Shown: positions 40,134 through 50,890 of the stretch, one piece after another
Position numbering within the stretch: the first letter of the stretch is position 1
Layout: each line of letters starts with the position of its first letter
DNA from: Candidatus Cloacimonadales bacterium
GTDB taxonomy: Bacteria; Cloacimonadota; Cloacimonadia; Cloacimonadales; JAFGVF01
Length of the DNA: 64,000 nt
Assembly (NCBI GenBank): GCA_963678315.1
Contig: OY782781.1
Location: forward strand, 2,880,001-2,944,000
Direction: 5' to 3'
Position numbers and translations under genes: made by a program
The notes under the pieces: model-generated
What the model was told of the DNA's origin: nothing
Databases searched by the model: none
Seen by the model: the letters and a program-made list of their open reading frames with translations, nothing else

Positions 40134-42389
40134 CTATATAAGACTAGATTGCTTATCGATAATACTAAACCCAAGGCTTTTGTATGCTTTCTTACGTTTA
40201 TTATACATTTTACTTAGTCTTTCAATATTGCCATCAACATAATCATAAACTTCGATAGATGTTTTATTCTCGTAAGTTCTAACTATTCTGCCAATATATT
40301 GATTAAGTGTTCCTTTCCAAGAAATGGGAAGAGCTAGAAATAGAGTATCAAGAATTGGTAAATCAAATCCTTCTCCTATATATTTACCAGTAGCTATTAT
40401 TATAAATTTATCATTAGAGCTAAGTGATGCTAGTTTATTCTTAGTCGTTTCTTTAGCCTTTGTCTTCATGTTGCCTTTGAGAACAATTATCTTGTCACAT
40501 ATTGGCGATAACTTCTCTTCAAGTATTTTTAGATGTGATACTCGCTCTGTTAATAAAAGAGGCTTTCTTCCTTTATCTAAAGCTTGAGCTATATCATTAC
40601 ATATTTTATTATTTCTATTAAAATCTTCTGACAAAATAGATAATTGCTTAGCTAAAGTAATATTTCCATCTACAGCATTTGAACCTGTTTCTATTTTATA
40701 AGCTATCATAGAATCAAATGATAGTTTAGTTGTAGATCTATATTTGATTTGACCACACTGCATGAAGACTATTGGATGATGTCCATCTTTTCTATTAGGT
40801 GTTGCAGACATTCCCAATATGTATTTAGCTTTTGACTTCTTTAAAATATTTTCAAAAGTGAAGGCAGCTATATGGTGGCATTCATCTATAATTATCTGTC
40901 CATATTGATCAATATTTTGAGCTGAAACATTCTTAAGAGTCTGGATCATAGCTATGTCAATTTGTAGTGTTTGGTTTGATTTTGTAGCACCTAGAGTGCC
41001 AATTTCGCATCCCGCAGTAAATATCTTTAATTTTTCTTTCCATTGGTTAAGAAGCTCAGTTCTGTGAACTAATATCAGTGTATTAACCTTTCTTTCGCAT
41101 ATTATTTTTGTAGCTAATACAGTTTTTCCAAAACCTGTAGAAGCGCACAAAACCGACATTTCATGCTTTATAAGTTCATTAAATGCCTGAACTTGTTTAG
41201 GAAACAACTTCCCTTGGAAACTACAATCAATCTTCTTTCCTTTGTTTCTCTGGTCATGAATTACATACCTTAACTTATTAGATACTATCGTCTCAATAAC
41301 TTTTTCATATAGTCCTGTAGGTAAACAAAGCATTTGGGGAAGGTTATTACCACATTGAATAAATCTTGGTATTTTATGAGTGGAACGCCTGGAAGCTTGT
41401 GCTATGTAAAACTCAGGATTAGAAAACACTGCTAGTTGAAGTAATTTATGATATAGATGCTTCGGTAACCCATTCTTACTAATATAAATTTGGTTTGAAA
41501 GAATAATACTAATCTTCTGTCTTTGATTAGTATCACATACTGGAATTATTATCTCCTTATTTCTGAGAATATCATCAACATCATTCTTAGTTAATCTATT
41601 TACAAGAGATAAATAAGCCCATTGGTCTTTAAATGGTTTAAATTCAGTATCAACAAATACAGAACCATTAAAGGATCTAGCTCTTTTTTGCAATGGGAGT
41701 GCTATCAAGTTACCAAAACCACCCTCTGGCAAGTAATCTTGATTTGGAAACATTCTATCATAAGATTCAAGATCTAGTAAATTACCGGTCTTCAGAGTCT
41801 CCGATATGATATGAGCACCTAATTTTCTTGCCAGTAAAGCTGTAATATCTTCTGAAAAGAAAATCCATAAGTGTGCACCTTTACCAGAACGTGATATTTC
41901 TATAGATGAAGGAATATTTAGTAGCATACAAGTTGAATAAACTGCTAATACATCTTTCTTCCAGTCTTTTTTATCAAAGTCAATTGCTAAGAATCTACAG
42001 CAATCATTATCCATTATTGGATATATTCCTACAACAATAACTCCTGAAAGATGATTATATATCACTCTATCACTTATTGGCTTGAAGTCTCTGTATTGGC
42101 AATTAACACATTTGATTTTGGGAAGACCACATTTAGGTTTTACCCATTTGTTATTACAGACTGGAGAATATCCAGATACACCTTTATTTTCCCATCTTTG
42201 AGCAAAAAAGTCTTCTCTACCTTTAAACAAAGAACGAAACAGTTTAATTTTATCTTCAGTTGAACTTAAATTATTAATTACCTTAGACTTTCTTGCAAGA
42301 ATTTCTTGGTTTTCAGAAAGACCTAACAATTTTCTAAGATATTTGTTTTCTTCTTCAAGTTGTTTGATTCTTTGTTTTAAGGAGTCCAT
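40134..42389 (-). CDS. AEP-primase-like (TOTE-type) domain fused to SF2 DEAD/DEAH helicase
   Basis: LFKGRED, FLAIDFD, SRSGKGAHLW, GFGNLIALPLQ; TGFGKT, DECHH, SATP, QYIGRIVR. Confidence 0.85.
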   Translation of the reverse strand: MDSLKQRIKQLEEENKYLRKLLGLSENQEILARKSKVINNLSSTEDKIKLFRSLFKGREDFFAQRWENKGVSGYSPVCNNKWVKPKCGLPKIKCVNCQYRDFKPISDRVIYNHLSGVIVVGIYPIMDNDCCRFLAIDFDKKDWKKDVLAVYSTCMLLNIPSSIEISRSGKGAHLWIFFSEDITALLARKLGAHIISETLKTGNLLDLESYDRMFPNQDYLPEGGFGNLIALPLQKRARSFNGSVFVDTEFKPFKDQWAYLSLVNRLTKNDVDDILRNKEIIIPVCDTNQRQKISIILSNQIYISKNGLPKHLYHKLLQLAVFSNPEFYIAQASRRSTHKIPRFIQCGNNLPQMLCLPTGLYEKVIETIVSNKLRYVIHDQRNKGKKIDCSFQGKLFPKQVQAFNELIKHEMSVLCASTGFGKTVLATKIICERKVNTLILVHRTELLNQWKEKLKIFTAGCEIGTLGATKSNQTLQIDIAMIQTLKNVSAQNIDQYGQIIIDECHHIAAFTFENILKKSKAKYILGMSATPNRKDGHHPIVFMQCGQIKYRSTTKLSFDSMIAYKIETGSNAVDGNITLAKQLSILSEDFNRNNKICNDIAQALDKGRKPLLLTERVSHLKILEEKLSPICDKIIVLKGNMKTKAKETTKNKLASLSSNDKFIIIATGKYIGEGFDLPILDTLFLALPISWKGTLNQYIGRIVRTYENKTSIEVYDYVDGNIERLSKMYNKRKKAYKSLGFSIIDKQSSLI

Positions 42390-42408
42390 AATATCTTCAT
42401 GTTAATGG

Positions 42409-43410
42409 TTACTCTTTCTTAGTTTTACGACTACCTATCTTAGCTTGTTTCTCAATAGAATTAATTGTTTCTAGATATTCTTTTTCAACACTTTCAAGAG
42501 TTTTGGCTTTATATTTTTTGTATTCTTCTTTAGCTTTTGATTTAGCTTGATTTGAGGATATTGAGTCTGAATTATTTAACACTTTACGACCAGTGGAAGA
42601 GAGTATGCTATCTAATTCTCTAACGAAATCAGACATAGTCATCGCTCTTTCTTCTATAGCATTAAGTTCAGCTAAATCGAAATATGCTGATACTAAATTA
42701 TTCAATACTTTCAGTTCCTGTATAGATAAATAATTTTTTGCAATCATTGCTTCTGCTTGGGTTGGTTGTTCTCCTCTGAAATTTGTAAGACCTACAAAAG
42801 GTTTATTACTATCAACTCGAAGATAAATTACTTCACTTGCCGTATTCCCATGAGCTGCAAAGTGTAGTTTGTTCTGAACAATTTTAAAAAAAATCATGCT
42901 TTCATCGCTTTTAGGATTATAATCAATAGCGGTAGCATAGAGTTCTAAAACTTGTCTATACATAACTTTTTCACTGCTTCTTATGTCTCTAATTCTTTCA
43001 AGTAATTCCTTCCAGTAATTACCACCACCAAAATTTTTTAATCGCTGGTCATCGATAGTAAAACCTTTAACAATATATTCTTTAATCCTAGTGGTTGCCC
43101 ATTGTCTAAAACGGGTACCCTGAATAGATTTAACCCTGTAACCAACTGAAATAATAACATCTAGATTATAATAATTAGTAGGTTTAGTAGAAAAATCGGA
43201 ATTTCCGATTTTTCTCATTGTATCATTTCTATCAAGCTCTTCTTCTTTATATATATTAAGTATGTGTTCATTAATTGTCGAACGGCTTTTTTCAAACAAC
43301 TCAGACATTTGTTCTATGGTCAACCAAACAGTTTCTTCTTCTAATCTAACCGAAATATTTGATTTTCCATCATCACTTCTGTATATTATTATTTCATTAT
43401 TTTTACTCAT
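42409..43410 (-). CDS. rhuM: RhuM-family DNA-binding protein
   Basis: ETVWLT, YNLDVIISVGYRVKS, FRQWAT, IRDIRSSEK, VQNKLH; likely start MSKN at 43410. Confidence 0.85.
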   Translation of the reverse strand: MSKNNEIIIYRSDDGKSNISVRLEEETVWLTIEQMSELFEKSRSTINEHILNIYKEEELDRNDTMRKIGNSDFSTKPTNYYNLDVIISVGYRVKSIQGTRFRQWATTRIKEYIVKGFTIDDQRLKNFGGGNYWKELLERIRDIRSSEKVMYRQVLELYATAIDYNPKSDESMIFFKIVQNKLHFAAHGNTASEVIYLRVDSNKPFVGLTNFRGEQPTQAEAMIAKNYLSIQELKVLNNLVSAYFDLAELNAIEERAMTMSDFVRELDSILSSTGRKVLNNSDSISSNQAKSKAKEEYKKYKAKTLESVEKEYLETINSIEKQAKIGSRKTKKE

Positions 43411-43480
43411 TATAAATCCTTTTAACATAAGCCTACATGTAAATTATATTATTTATCAAGCATTACATATTAATGTTAAT

Positions 43481-43521
43481 TGTCAAGAAATGAGAGAAAA
43501 ATCGGAATTTCCGATTATTCT
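43481..43521 (-). promoter_or_regulatory. TTGACA hexamer and 27-bp palindrome matching rhuM-internal 43189-43215
   Basis: AGAAAAATCGGAATTTCCGATTATTCT (43495-43521) vs AGAAAAATCGGAATTTCCGATTTTTCT (43189-43215); TTGACA at 43486-43481. Confidence 0.7.
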
Positions 43522-43631
43522 ATTTATAACTAAAATTGTTTTTCACTATGGTGGTCTGAAAGATTTAAGAATGATAAATGATATTCATCTTTAAACAGCA
43601 TAGTATAATGTGCTACTTGACTTGTAGTTAG

Positions 43632-43784
43632 GGGTCCTCTCTGAAATAACTTTACCTATATCTATATAGGCTAGTATCATTTCAGAGTTAACTGCACTAT
43701 AAGTCTTGTATTGTGATTTCTCAATCCCTTTTTAAGTTCAATGAAAGCATCTAAGCAATCTTGTTTAAGTGAGTTTTGATTCAT
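43632..43784 (-). pseudogene. Frameshifted N-terminal fragment of a DUF1016/YhcG-like protein
   Basis: MNQNSLKQDCLDAFIELKK / frameshift / IEKSQYKTYSAVNSEMILAYIDIGKVISE, then similarity is lost. Confidence 0.6.
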
Positions 43785-43796
43785 GAGGAATTACTG

Positions 43797-44642
43797 CTAA
43801 TCTTTGTCCTCTAACTCTTTTAATGTTAAACCATCTTTAGACTTCCACTCAGCCAATCCATTGGCTGTTCTACCTAAAACAAGAGATGCTGCTGTAGAAG
43901 CACTTGTAAATAGATAATCCTGAGTAATAATAAGTGAATTATTCTTTAATTCTAAAACTTCGTCTGTGATTAATCTTTCTCTAAATTTATTATGACTCTG
44001 TTTGAAAGAATTAACTACTGGAGATGAAAAAAATGAGTCTTTTAAAACAACAAAACCTTCTGAAGTAACTATGCCCTTTGCATTAGCACCGCGAGGACCT
44101 GAAAGATATAGGATATCTTTATTCTCAACTTTAACTTTTACTATTTCATCAAACACTTTATGTCCAAGTACTGGTACTATCATCAAGATGTTTCGGATAA
44201 ACTCTTCCATTTCGGCTTGATCAGCTTCTGATATTATAGGTATTCTAGGGTTCTGTATATTTACTACATTGTACCTTTTAGTGTATATCGCAATTTGAAT
44301 TAATCTATGTTCTAAATATCTTATATGAGCTTTGTTAAGATTTTCATCTTTACTAGTAAAAACAAGTACCTCATTCCAGAAATCCTTTCCTAAGTCGTGC
44401 TTAGTTAGTCTTGTATATATTTCTTCAGATTCGCCTATATATATAGAATTACTGTCATCATCGTCTTTGCCGAATAAGAAATATACTCCTGTTCCTTTTA
44501 GTTCAGGTCTATCATTACTTTCTTTTAATAAAACTCGTGGAATTTTAATTGCCTTGCCTGACCAATTAGATAATTCACAGGTCAATCTTCCATCAGAAGT
44601 ACCATCCATAAGATATAGCTTTATTGATTTTGGTGTTTTCAT
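43797..44642 (-). CDS. GIY-YIG nuclease with DUF4357-like C-terminal domain
   Basis: SNWSGKA, GVYFLFG..IYIGESE, LNKAHIRYLE, FTSASTAASLVLGRTANGLAEWK. Confidence 0.85.
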   Translation of the reverse strand: MKTPKSIKLYLMDGTSDGRLTCELSNWSGKAIKIPRVLLKESNDRPELKGTGVYFLFGKDDDDSNSIYIGESEEIYTRLTKHDLGKDFWNEVLVFTSKDENLNKAHIRYLEHRLIQIAIYTKRYNVVNIQNPRIPIISEADQAEMEEFIRNILMIVPVLGHKVFDEIVKVKVENKDILYLSGPRGANAKGIVTSEGFVVLKDSFFSSPVVNSFKQSHNKFRERLITDEVLELKNNSLIITQDYLFTSASTAASLVLGRTANGLAEWKSKDGLTLKELEDKD

Positions 44643-44775
44643 TAATCCTCCTACATTACTAAGAGTTGTCTATATTCAATATTGTCAAGAAGGGATATAT
44701 AAATATCTTCTTTTATTAAGCCCAAGATACATCAGAAGCTATCATAATCTTGCAAAACATGCTTATTACCAGAAA

Positions 44776-44868
44776 CTTAACACACTATTCCCTCTTCAAA
44801 TATCATAGAAGAATACTCCCCTCTATAAACATATAGGGCACACTTTATTTATGTTCAGCACACTTTTT
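44776..44868 (-). repeat. Inverted homologue of the 23167-23274 element
   Basis: Minus strand: aaaagtgtgc...aaagtgtgccc..tttataga...tgatatttgaa...atagtgtgttaag. Confidence 0.7.
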
Positions 44869-44928
44869 GAAAAAAGTTTAATTATTTAAATAAATTGGTA
44901 CAATTTTATAAGTATAAAATTTTTTTAG

Positions 44929-45036
44929 CTGATGAAGATAATTAATCACTCTTCTCAAGCTGTTACTCTTAGATATATTGGTATCACTAAAGAGCAGATT
45001 GATGATGTTTATATTAATCTGGATAAGATACTATGA
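44929..45036 (+). pseudogene. C-terminal remnant of a tyrosine recombinase
   Basis: LMKIINHSSQAVTLRYIGITKEQIDDVYINLDKIL*, with the HSS...T.RY catalytic segment, preceded by an in-frame TAG. Confidence 0.8.
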
Positions 45037-45042
45037 TTATTG

Positions 45043-45076
45043 AAGTTCATTTTCTCCCAAGTGAGAAAGTGAATTT
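45043..45076. terminator. Hairpin between convergent genes
   Basis: aagttcattttctc-ccaagt-gagaaagtgaattt. Confidence 0.5.
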
Positions 45077-45090
45077 TGTTTATTATTTTT

Positions 45091-48000
45091 CTATTCAGCA
45101 AGCTTATTTACTCGTTCTTTATATTGTTCTTTAAGCAATCTATCATGCTTATTATCAGATGGTAATGAATCTACAAACTCATTCAAATCAGATAGAAACT
45201 CCTCTCGAAGTTCTATTGATTCTTTAGTTTGTTCTGGTTTAAGTTCTAATGATTCATTTAGATTATAAATTGAAATCACATTATCAATATATGTAGGTAC
45301 TTCTCGTGGTAAAAATGTTTCCCAAGGTATTGATGTATCATTGTTAAGAATTTTAGTTAAACTATCACTATATAAACTGAAACAAGAACGACTAAACCTA
45401 TAGTTGTTGTATATAGGAACAAACCAGTAACAATATATATCAGTGGTATTATTATTCTGCAAATCATTTACAATATTCAAAATATCTTGAAAATTCATTA
45501 TTGGTTCACTTGGTGCATAAAACAGTACGATATTCTTTATATGTCCATATACAACAATCTTATTAAATAATTCTACTGACGGAGGTAAAGTTTCTTTAAT
45601 TTTTTGCAATATATTATTTTCTTTTTCAACCCTCATTTCTTTTATACAATCAATAGGGTTTCTAACTTTGATTGATGATTTTGTACTCCATAAATAATCA
45701 AGTAAATCATAAACATCTTGATAGTATTGAAGCTCTGTTTCGTTTATCTGACTAATATTGAAGAAATCAGTATTATCTTTAAAATAGTCATTGAAGAAAG
45801 AATGAACCTTAGATATGTGATTTATTGAATCATACAGGTTGTGCAAACACAATTTGTGTTCTTTATTAGTCCCTAATATAATAGTATTGAATTGTGTATA
45901 AAATTTGCTGATTGATGTTGCCCAATTATTCAAATCATCATTTGAAACCATTCTTTTAACATTGAATGATAATGATTTTATTATAGATATCTGATCTATT
46001 GTTTTTCCTCCAATATGAATCACTTGCGAGTAAAGTTTGTGCATTTTGGGCAATAAATGATCTAAATCATTAGGTTTAACTCCATTGAGATAAAATAATC
46101 TTAGTTCAGTCATTATATTAAAAGATGTTCTTCTAAAATCGTTCCAATACCCTTGTAAATCATAACTAGTTTTAGGTAAGAAAGGTATAATCATTTGTCT
46201 ATATAATTCTGAATAAATCATTGTAACAAAGCTTGGTTGCAGATTCTTAGGGGGGGTATGTTTTGTATTTTTACTAGCATTTGGCACTAAACCACCAATA
46301 TTTATTTCCTTTGGTCGACTATCATATCTATTATATCCAGGATATATCATGTATAGTTTTTCTAATTTTTTTGAAGCAATATTAAGATATTCCGTATCAC
46401 CTGCTAAAATAGGACAAAATTCAATAATGATTGAATCTTTGTTTTCAATAATGTTGTGGCAACTCAAATTATACTTCACTGAGTCTTGTAAGTTTTTTTG
46501 ATTTTGCTTTATGAATTTCAAATAAAGATCATAATTGTAATTAAATAAACCAAATGTAAAATAACAAAGTTCACTAAAATCGACCTTATCAATTTCAATT
46601 TCCTTAATTATAATTGAAAGTTCATTACTTAAATTACATTCAAATTTAACTAAATTTATCCAATATAAAAATATACCTATATCCTTAATATTTTTAAGAT
46701 GTGTCTTTATATCAATACTCTGCAAGAAATAAAGAATGTATTCATAACTATTCAAATCTTTACTGAATCGGCTAACAATATCTCGTAATTTTGGGTAGAA
46801 ACCCTTAACAGACTCATTAAGAGCTGATACAAATCCAAGGTTTTTGCCAATTAATGATAATTCATAAGATATTATCATTAATGAACCAAATCCTGTTAAG
46901 CTATATGCTTTATTAATTAAAGTAATGTTATTTGCAACATATTTACATACTGAAGCTGAGTAAAATGCTTTCAACACATTGATTACAGATGCTAAATCAA
47001 GGGTAGAAAAGAAACTTTTAGATTTATCGATAAAATTATTATACTCAATATCATAGTTAGTTAGAATATTATAGACTGTACTGTATATGTTTGATAATGA
47101 ACAATATGGTAGTATTTGATTCAAAGTATTAATAACGGGAATGTATTTATCGTGTAGTATTTCAACAAGATGTTTTGATCTAGTCTGATGTAGTCCGGTA
47201 AAATAATCTCCGTTCTCCATAATATATTCGTTGTTTAGAGTATTTAAGATTATTTGAGTATCTTCGTATAGTGGGATAAGTTTTACAATTTCATCTATAG
47301 GAATGTATATATCTAACATATGTGCAAGTGAAACTAACCTGATAATATTTTTCTTTGTTACTGAATAATTTCCATATGATAGTTCTCTAATTTGATCATT
47401 CAACCTATCTTTTAACAGGATTCCTTTTGTACTTAAGTATACATATTCAATTAATAATCTAGGTTTATCAAGCAACTCGAATGGTTGAAGATAAGACTTG
47501 AAACTTTTGCAAACTAGTCCTTTATCGTTTAACTTCTTAAAAACACTTTCAGCTTCCGAATCATCTAAGTAAACATCCACAACTTTAAACTCGAAATTGC
47601 TAATAGGTATATGATTCCAGTTTTCTTGCCTAATTGTTATCAAAAAATTAATATCTTTATCTTGGCACTGTGAGATAATTTTTGATTTATATCTAAAGCT
47701 TGCTTTAACATCATCAATAAGTATTAAAATTGGTAAACCTAATTTACAAATACTATTTAGATACCTGACAACACTTACTGCTTCATTTTCAGATTCAACA
47801 TTATTTATAATATATATTTGATTTTCGTTATAAAATTCCAAAGCATATTGATACATCAACGTTGTCTTTCCTTGTCCACTAGAAGCTCTAAGAAAAACAA
47901 CATCAGACTTATCATTAATGTCATTGAATTTATTGAATATGTAATTAATCCAATTTGATCTTTTTATCCCACATTTATCTTTTATATGGCTAGGTAATGT

Positions 48001-48759
48001 GTATTTTCCATTATAAAAATCATCTTCTTTTGACGTATTTGACCAATCTACTCTTGAAATAAGTCCTTCCCCATAAGCATTATATTCTTCAGAAGCAATA
48101 GTCTCTTGAGTATTGGTACAGATATTTGATATTATATCATAAGTAATATTACCACGATTTATAGAAACATTATAAAACTGAGCTAGTAATACATCATGAA
48201 TATATTTTGCAGTTTCTTCTAAGCAATTACATTCAGAAATTATCATTTCAACATTTTGCTGTTCTAATTCGTGTTTCGAGTGTATTTCTAGATTAATTTT
48301 AGAAAGTAGTTCATCTATTTCTTGATTGGATAAAGAGATAGTTGTATCGTCCACTATCTTCTTTTTTAATTTTTTCTTTTTCAGGAAATCTTTAACTGAT
48401 GTTGCAAATTTTTTATTTGTTATTACCTTAAAATCTCTAGTCTTATCTACAACATATATCTTTGCAAAACCAACTACAATTTCACTAAAGTCTGTCCAAT
48501 TGAGCTCACTCTTTCTATATTTTACTTGTATATAAGAAGAACTATTTTTACATTCTGAACCAACTTTATCTTTGATATTTTTTAATAGGTCTATATCTTC
48601 GATACCTTCTAATGTTAATACATCTTCTCTATTTGAAAATAATGAACATCCAAGATTTACAGAAAATAATATTTGATAGTAAAATCCATTTATGCTTACT
48701 GCTCCATGATATCTTTTACTTAATAATATTTCTAACCCAATATTAGCATAATCTTTCAT
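45091..48759 (-). CDS. Cap4-like PD-(D/E)xK nuclease fused to a STAND-like P-loop NTPase and long C-terminal region; candidate antiviral protein
   Basis: GFYYQ, LEGIEDID, YIQVK; Walker A ASSGQGKTT, Walker B ILIDD; very AT-rich; likely start ATG 48759. Confidence 0.7.
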   Translation of the reverse strand: MKDYANIGLEILLSKRYHGAVSINGFYYQILFSVNLGCSLFSNREDVLTLEGIEDIDLLKNIKDKVGSECKNSSSYIQVKYRKSELNWTDFSEIVVGFAKIYVVDKTRDFKVITNKKFATSVKDFLKKKKLKKKIVDDTTISLSNQEIDELLSKINLEIHSKHELEQQNVEMIISECNCLEETAKYIHDVLLAQFYNVSINRGNITYDIISNICTNTQETIASEEYNAYGEGLISRVDWSNTSKEDDFYNGKYTLPSHIKDKCGIKRSNWINYIFNKFNDINDKSDVVFLRASSGQGKTTLMYQYALEFYNENQIYIINNVESENEAVSVVRYLNSICKLGLPILILIDDVKASFRYKSKIISQCQDKDINFLITIRQENWNHIPISNFEFKVVDVYLDDSEAESVFKKLNDKGLVCKSFKSYLQPFELLDKPRLLIEYVYLSTKGILLKDRLNDQIRELSYGNYSVTKKNIIRLVSLAHMLDIYIPIDEIVKLIPLYEDTQIILNTLNNEYIMENGDYFTGLHQTRSKHLVEILHDKYIPVINTLNQILPYCSLSNIYSTVYNILTNYDIEYNNFIDKSKSFFSTLDLASVINVLKAFYSASVCKYVANNITLINKAYSLTGFGSLMIISYELSLIGKNLGFVSALNESVKGFYPKLRDIVSRFSKDLNSYEYILYFLQSIDIKTHLKNIKDIGIFLYWINLVKFECNLSNELSIIIKEIEIDKVDFSELCYFTFGLFNYNYDLYLKFIKQNQKNLQDSVKYNLSCHNIIENKDSIIIEFCPILAGDTEYLNIASKKLEKLYMIYPGYNRYDSRPKEINIGGLVPNASKNTKHTPPKNLQPSFVTMIYSELYRQMIIPFLPKTSYDLQGYWNDFRRTSFNIMTELRLFYLNGVKPNDLDHLLPKMHKLYSQVIHIGGKTIDQISIIKSLSFNVKRMVSNDDLNNWATSISKFYTQFNTIILGTNKEHKLCLHNLYDSINHISKVHSFFNDYFKDNTDFFNISQINETELQYYQDVYDLLDYLWSTKSSIKVRNPIDCIKEMRVEKENNILQKIKETLPPSVELFNKIVVYGHIKNIVLFYAPSEPIMNFQDILNIVNDLQNNNTTDIYCYWFVPIYNNYRFSRSCFSLYSDSLTKILNNDTSIPWETFLPREVPTYIDNVISIYNLNESLELKPEQTKESIELREEFLSDLNEFVDSLPSDNKHDRLLKEQYKERVNKLAE

Positions 48760-48775
48760 TCCTATAACCTCTCTC

Positions 48776-48853
48776 TTACCCCTCAAACGTCTCTCTCAAC
48801 ACTGCTTGCATCAAGTGTTCAAATGTCTCTTTATTAACTTTATTTTTCATCAT
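48776..48853 (-). pseudogene. C-terminal remnant of a type I restriction specificity subunit (HsdS-like)
   Basis: ...ETFEHLMQAVLRETFEG* resembles the L.Q.VL..AF.G terminus of HsdS. Confidence 0.55.
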
Positions 48854-49029
48854 TAAGTTAGGATAAATATATTGTGTGCAAGTTTCTCTTTCAGTTAGAT
48901 CTTTTTTTAACATCTAATCTCCTCTATGCAACCAAAATTACAAGTAATGTTACTAAATTTCATCAATCCATTATCAATTATTTAATTAGTCAAGTAAAAA
49001 AGCAATTTTTTAATACAGTGATTTGTACA

Positions 49030-49280
49030 TTATTAATGCAGACGAACAGACCACTTCTCAAAGGCAACACCTGAACCTGTCTTGAGGTACGTTCAAATTG
49101 ATGTGCTTTGTTCTCATCTGAAAAGGATGTATATGTTACTAGTTCCCAAGGTTTGTATTTCTTGGTGTGATATGATTTGCCGGAGTTGTGGGCTATTAAA
49201 CGTTGTTTTAAGTCTGAGGTTTTACCAGTATAATACCTTTCTGGAAAATTGATGCTTCTTATGATATAAACGTAATACAT
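49030..49280 (-). pseudogene. Small GIY-YIG endonuclease with a 1-nt frameshift near the C-terminus
   Basis: MYYVYIIRS...YYTGKTSDLKQRLIAHNSG..HTKKYKPWELV...AHQFER; the expected YLKTGSG continuation lies in another frame near 49090. End coordinate approximate. Confidence 0.75.
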
Positions 49281-49323
49281 GTGCCCTACTCTTGTATATT
49301 TTTTTTTCTTTCTTTCTTTCTTT

Positions 49324-50191
<868 letters not shown>

Positions 50192-50292
50192 ATTCATTTC
50201 AATCGGCAAACAGCTTGTTTGATATATTATTATTAAAAAAGCTTTAATGTCAAGTAATAATTAAGAATCAGTCTTAATTTCATAATATTTTA

Positions 50293-50784
50293 TTAACTTA
50301 CAATATCAACAATCTTCTGCGAAACGTCATTCAATGATAAAGAGGAAGAGTCTATCTTTATAGTATTCATTTGATAATAAGACTCCTGCCTTTTTATTGA
50401 GTCAGCAATTTCTATTTGACTTCTTCCATCCTTTTTAAGTCGCTTTTCAAGTACATCTAAGTCAGAGCAAACTAGTGATATCTTATAAGTTTTCACTCCC
50501 TTAAGATTAAGATTATCAGTTATTCTTTTCATGAGTTTTTCATGTCCTATAACCCAATTAAAGATAATATAGTGGAATTGTGAATTAGCTAGAAAGTTGT
50601 TTAGTACATGAAATATATTACTTTCTACCATTTCTTTATTTTTATCATTAACAAGAAAGGGATTCATCATCCAGCACCAGTCTCCATCAAGCCAAACAGA
50701 AGCATTCAATGATTGATAAAGTATTGATGCTACGCTTGTTTTACCACTTCCGGGGGCACCATTGATAATAATTAACTTCTTCAT
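50293..50784 (-). CDS. AAA/nucleotide-kinase-like P-loop protein
   Basis: INGAPGSGKTS, WLDGDWCW. Confidence 0.8.
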   Translation of the reverse strand: MKKLIIINGAPGSGKTSVASILYQSLNASVWLDGDWCWMMNPFLVNDKNKEMVESNIFHVLNNFLANSQFHYIIFNWVIGHEKLMKRITDNLNLKGVKTYKISLVCSDLDVLEKRLKKDGRSQIEIADSIKRQESYYQMNTIKIDSSSLSLNDVSQKIVDIVS

Positions 50785-50890
50785 ATTTACCTCATGCTAA
50801 TTAGATTAGCTGTCTGCTTTTTGTCTAGAACTTTAAGAAAATATTTGACTTTGAGTATAGTTTATGTATTTATTGGTTTATGGAGGATTT

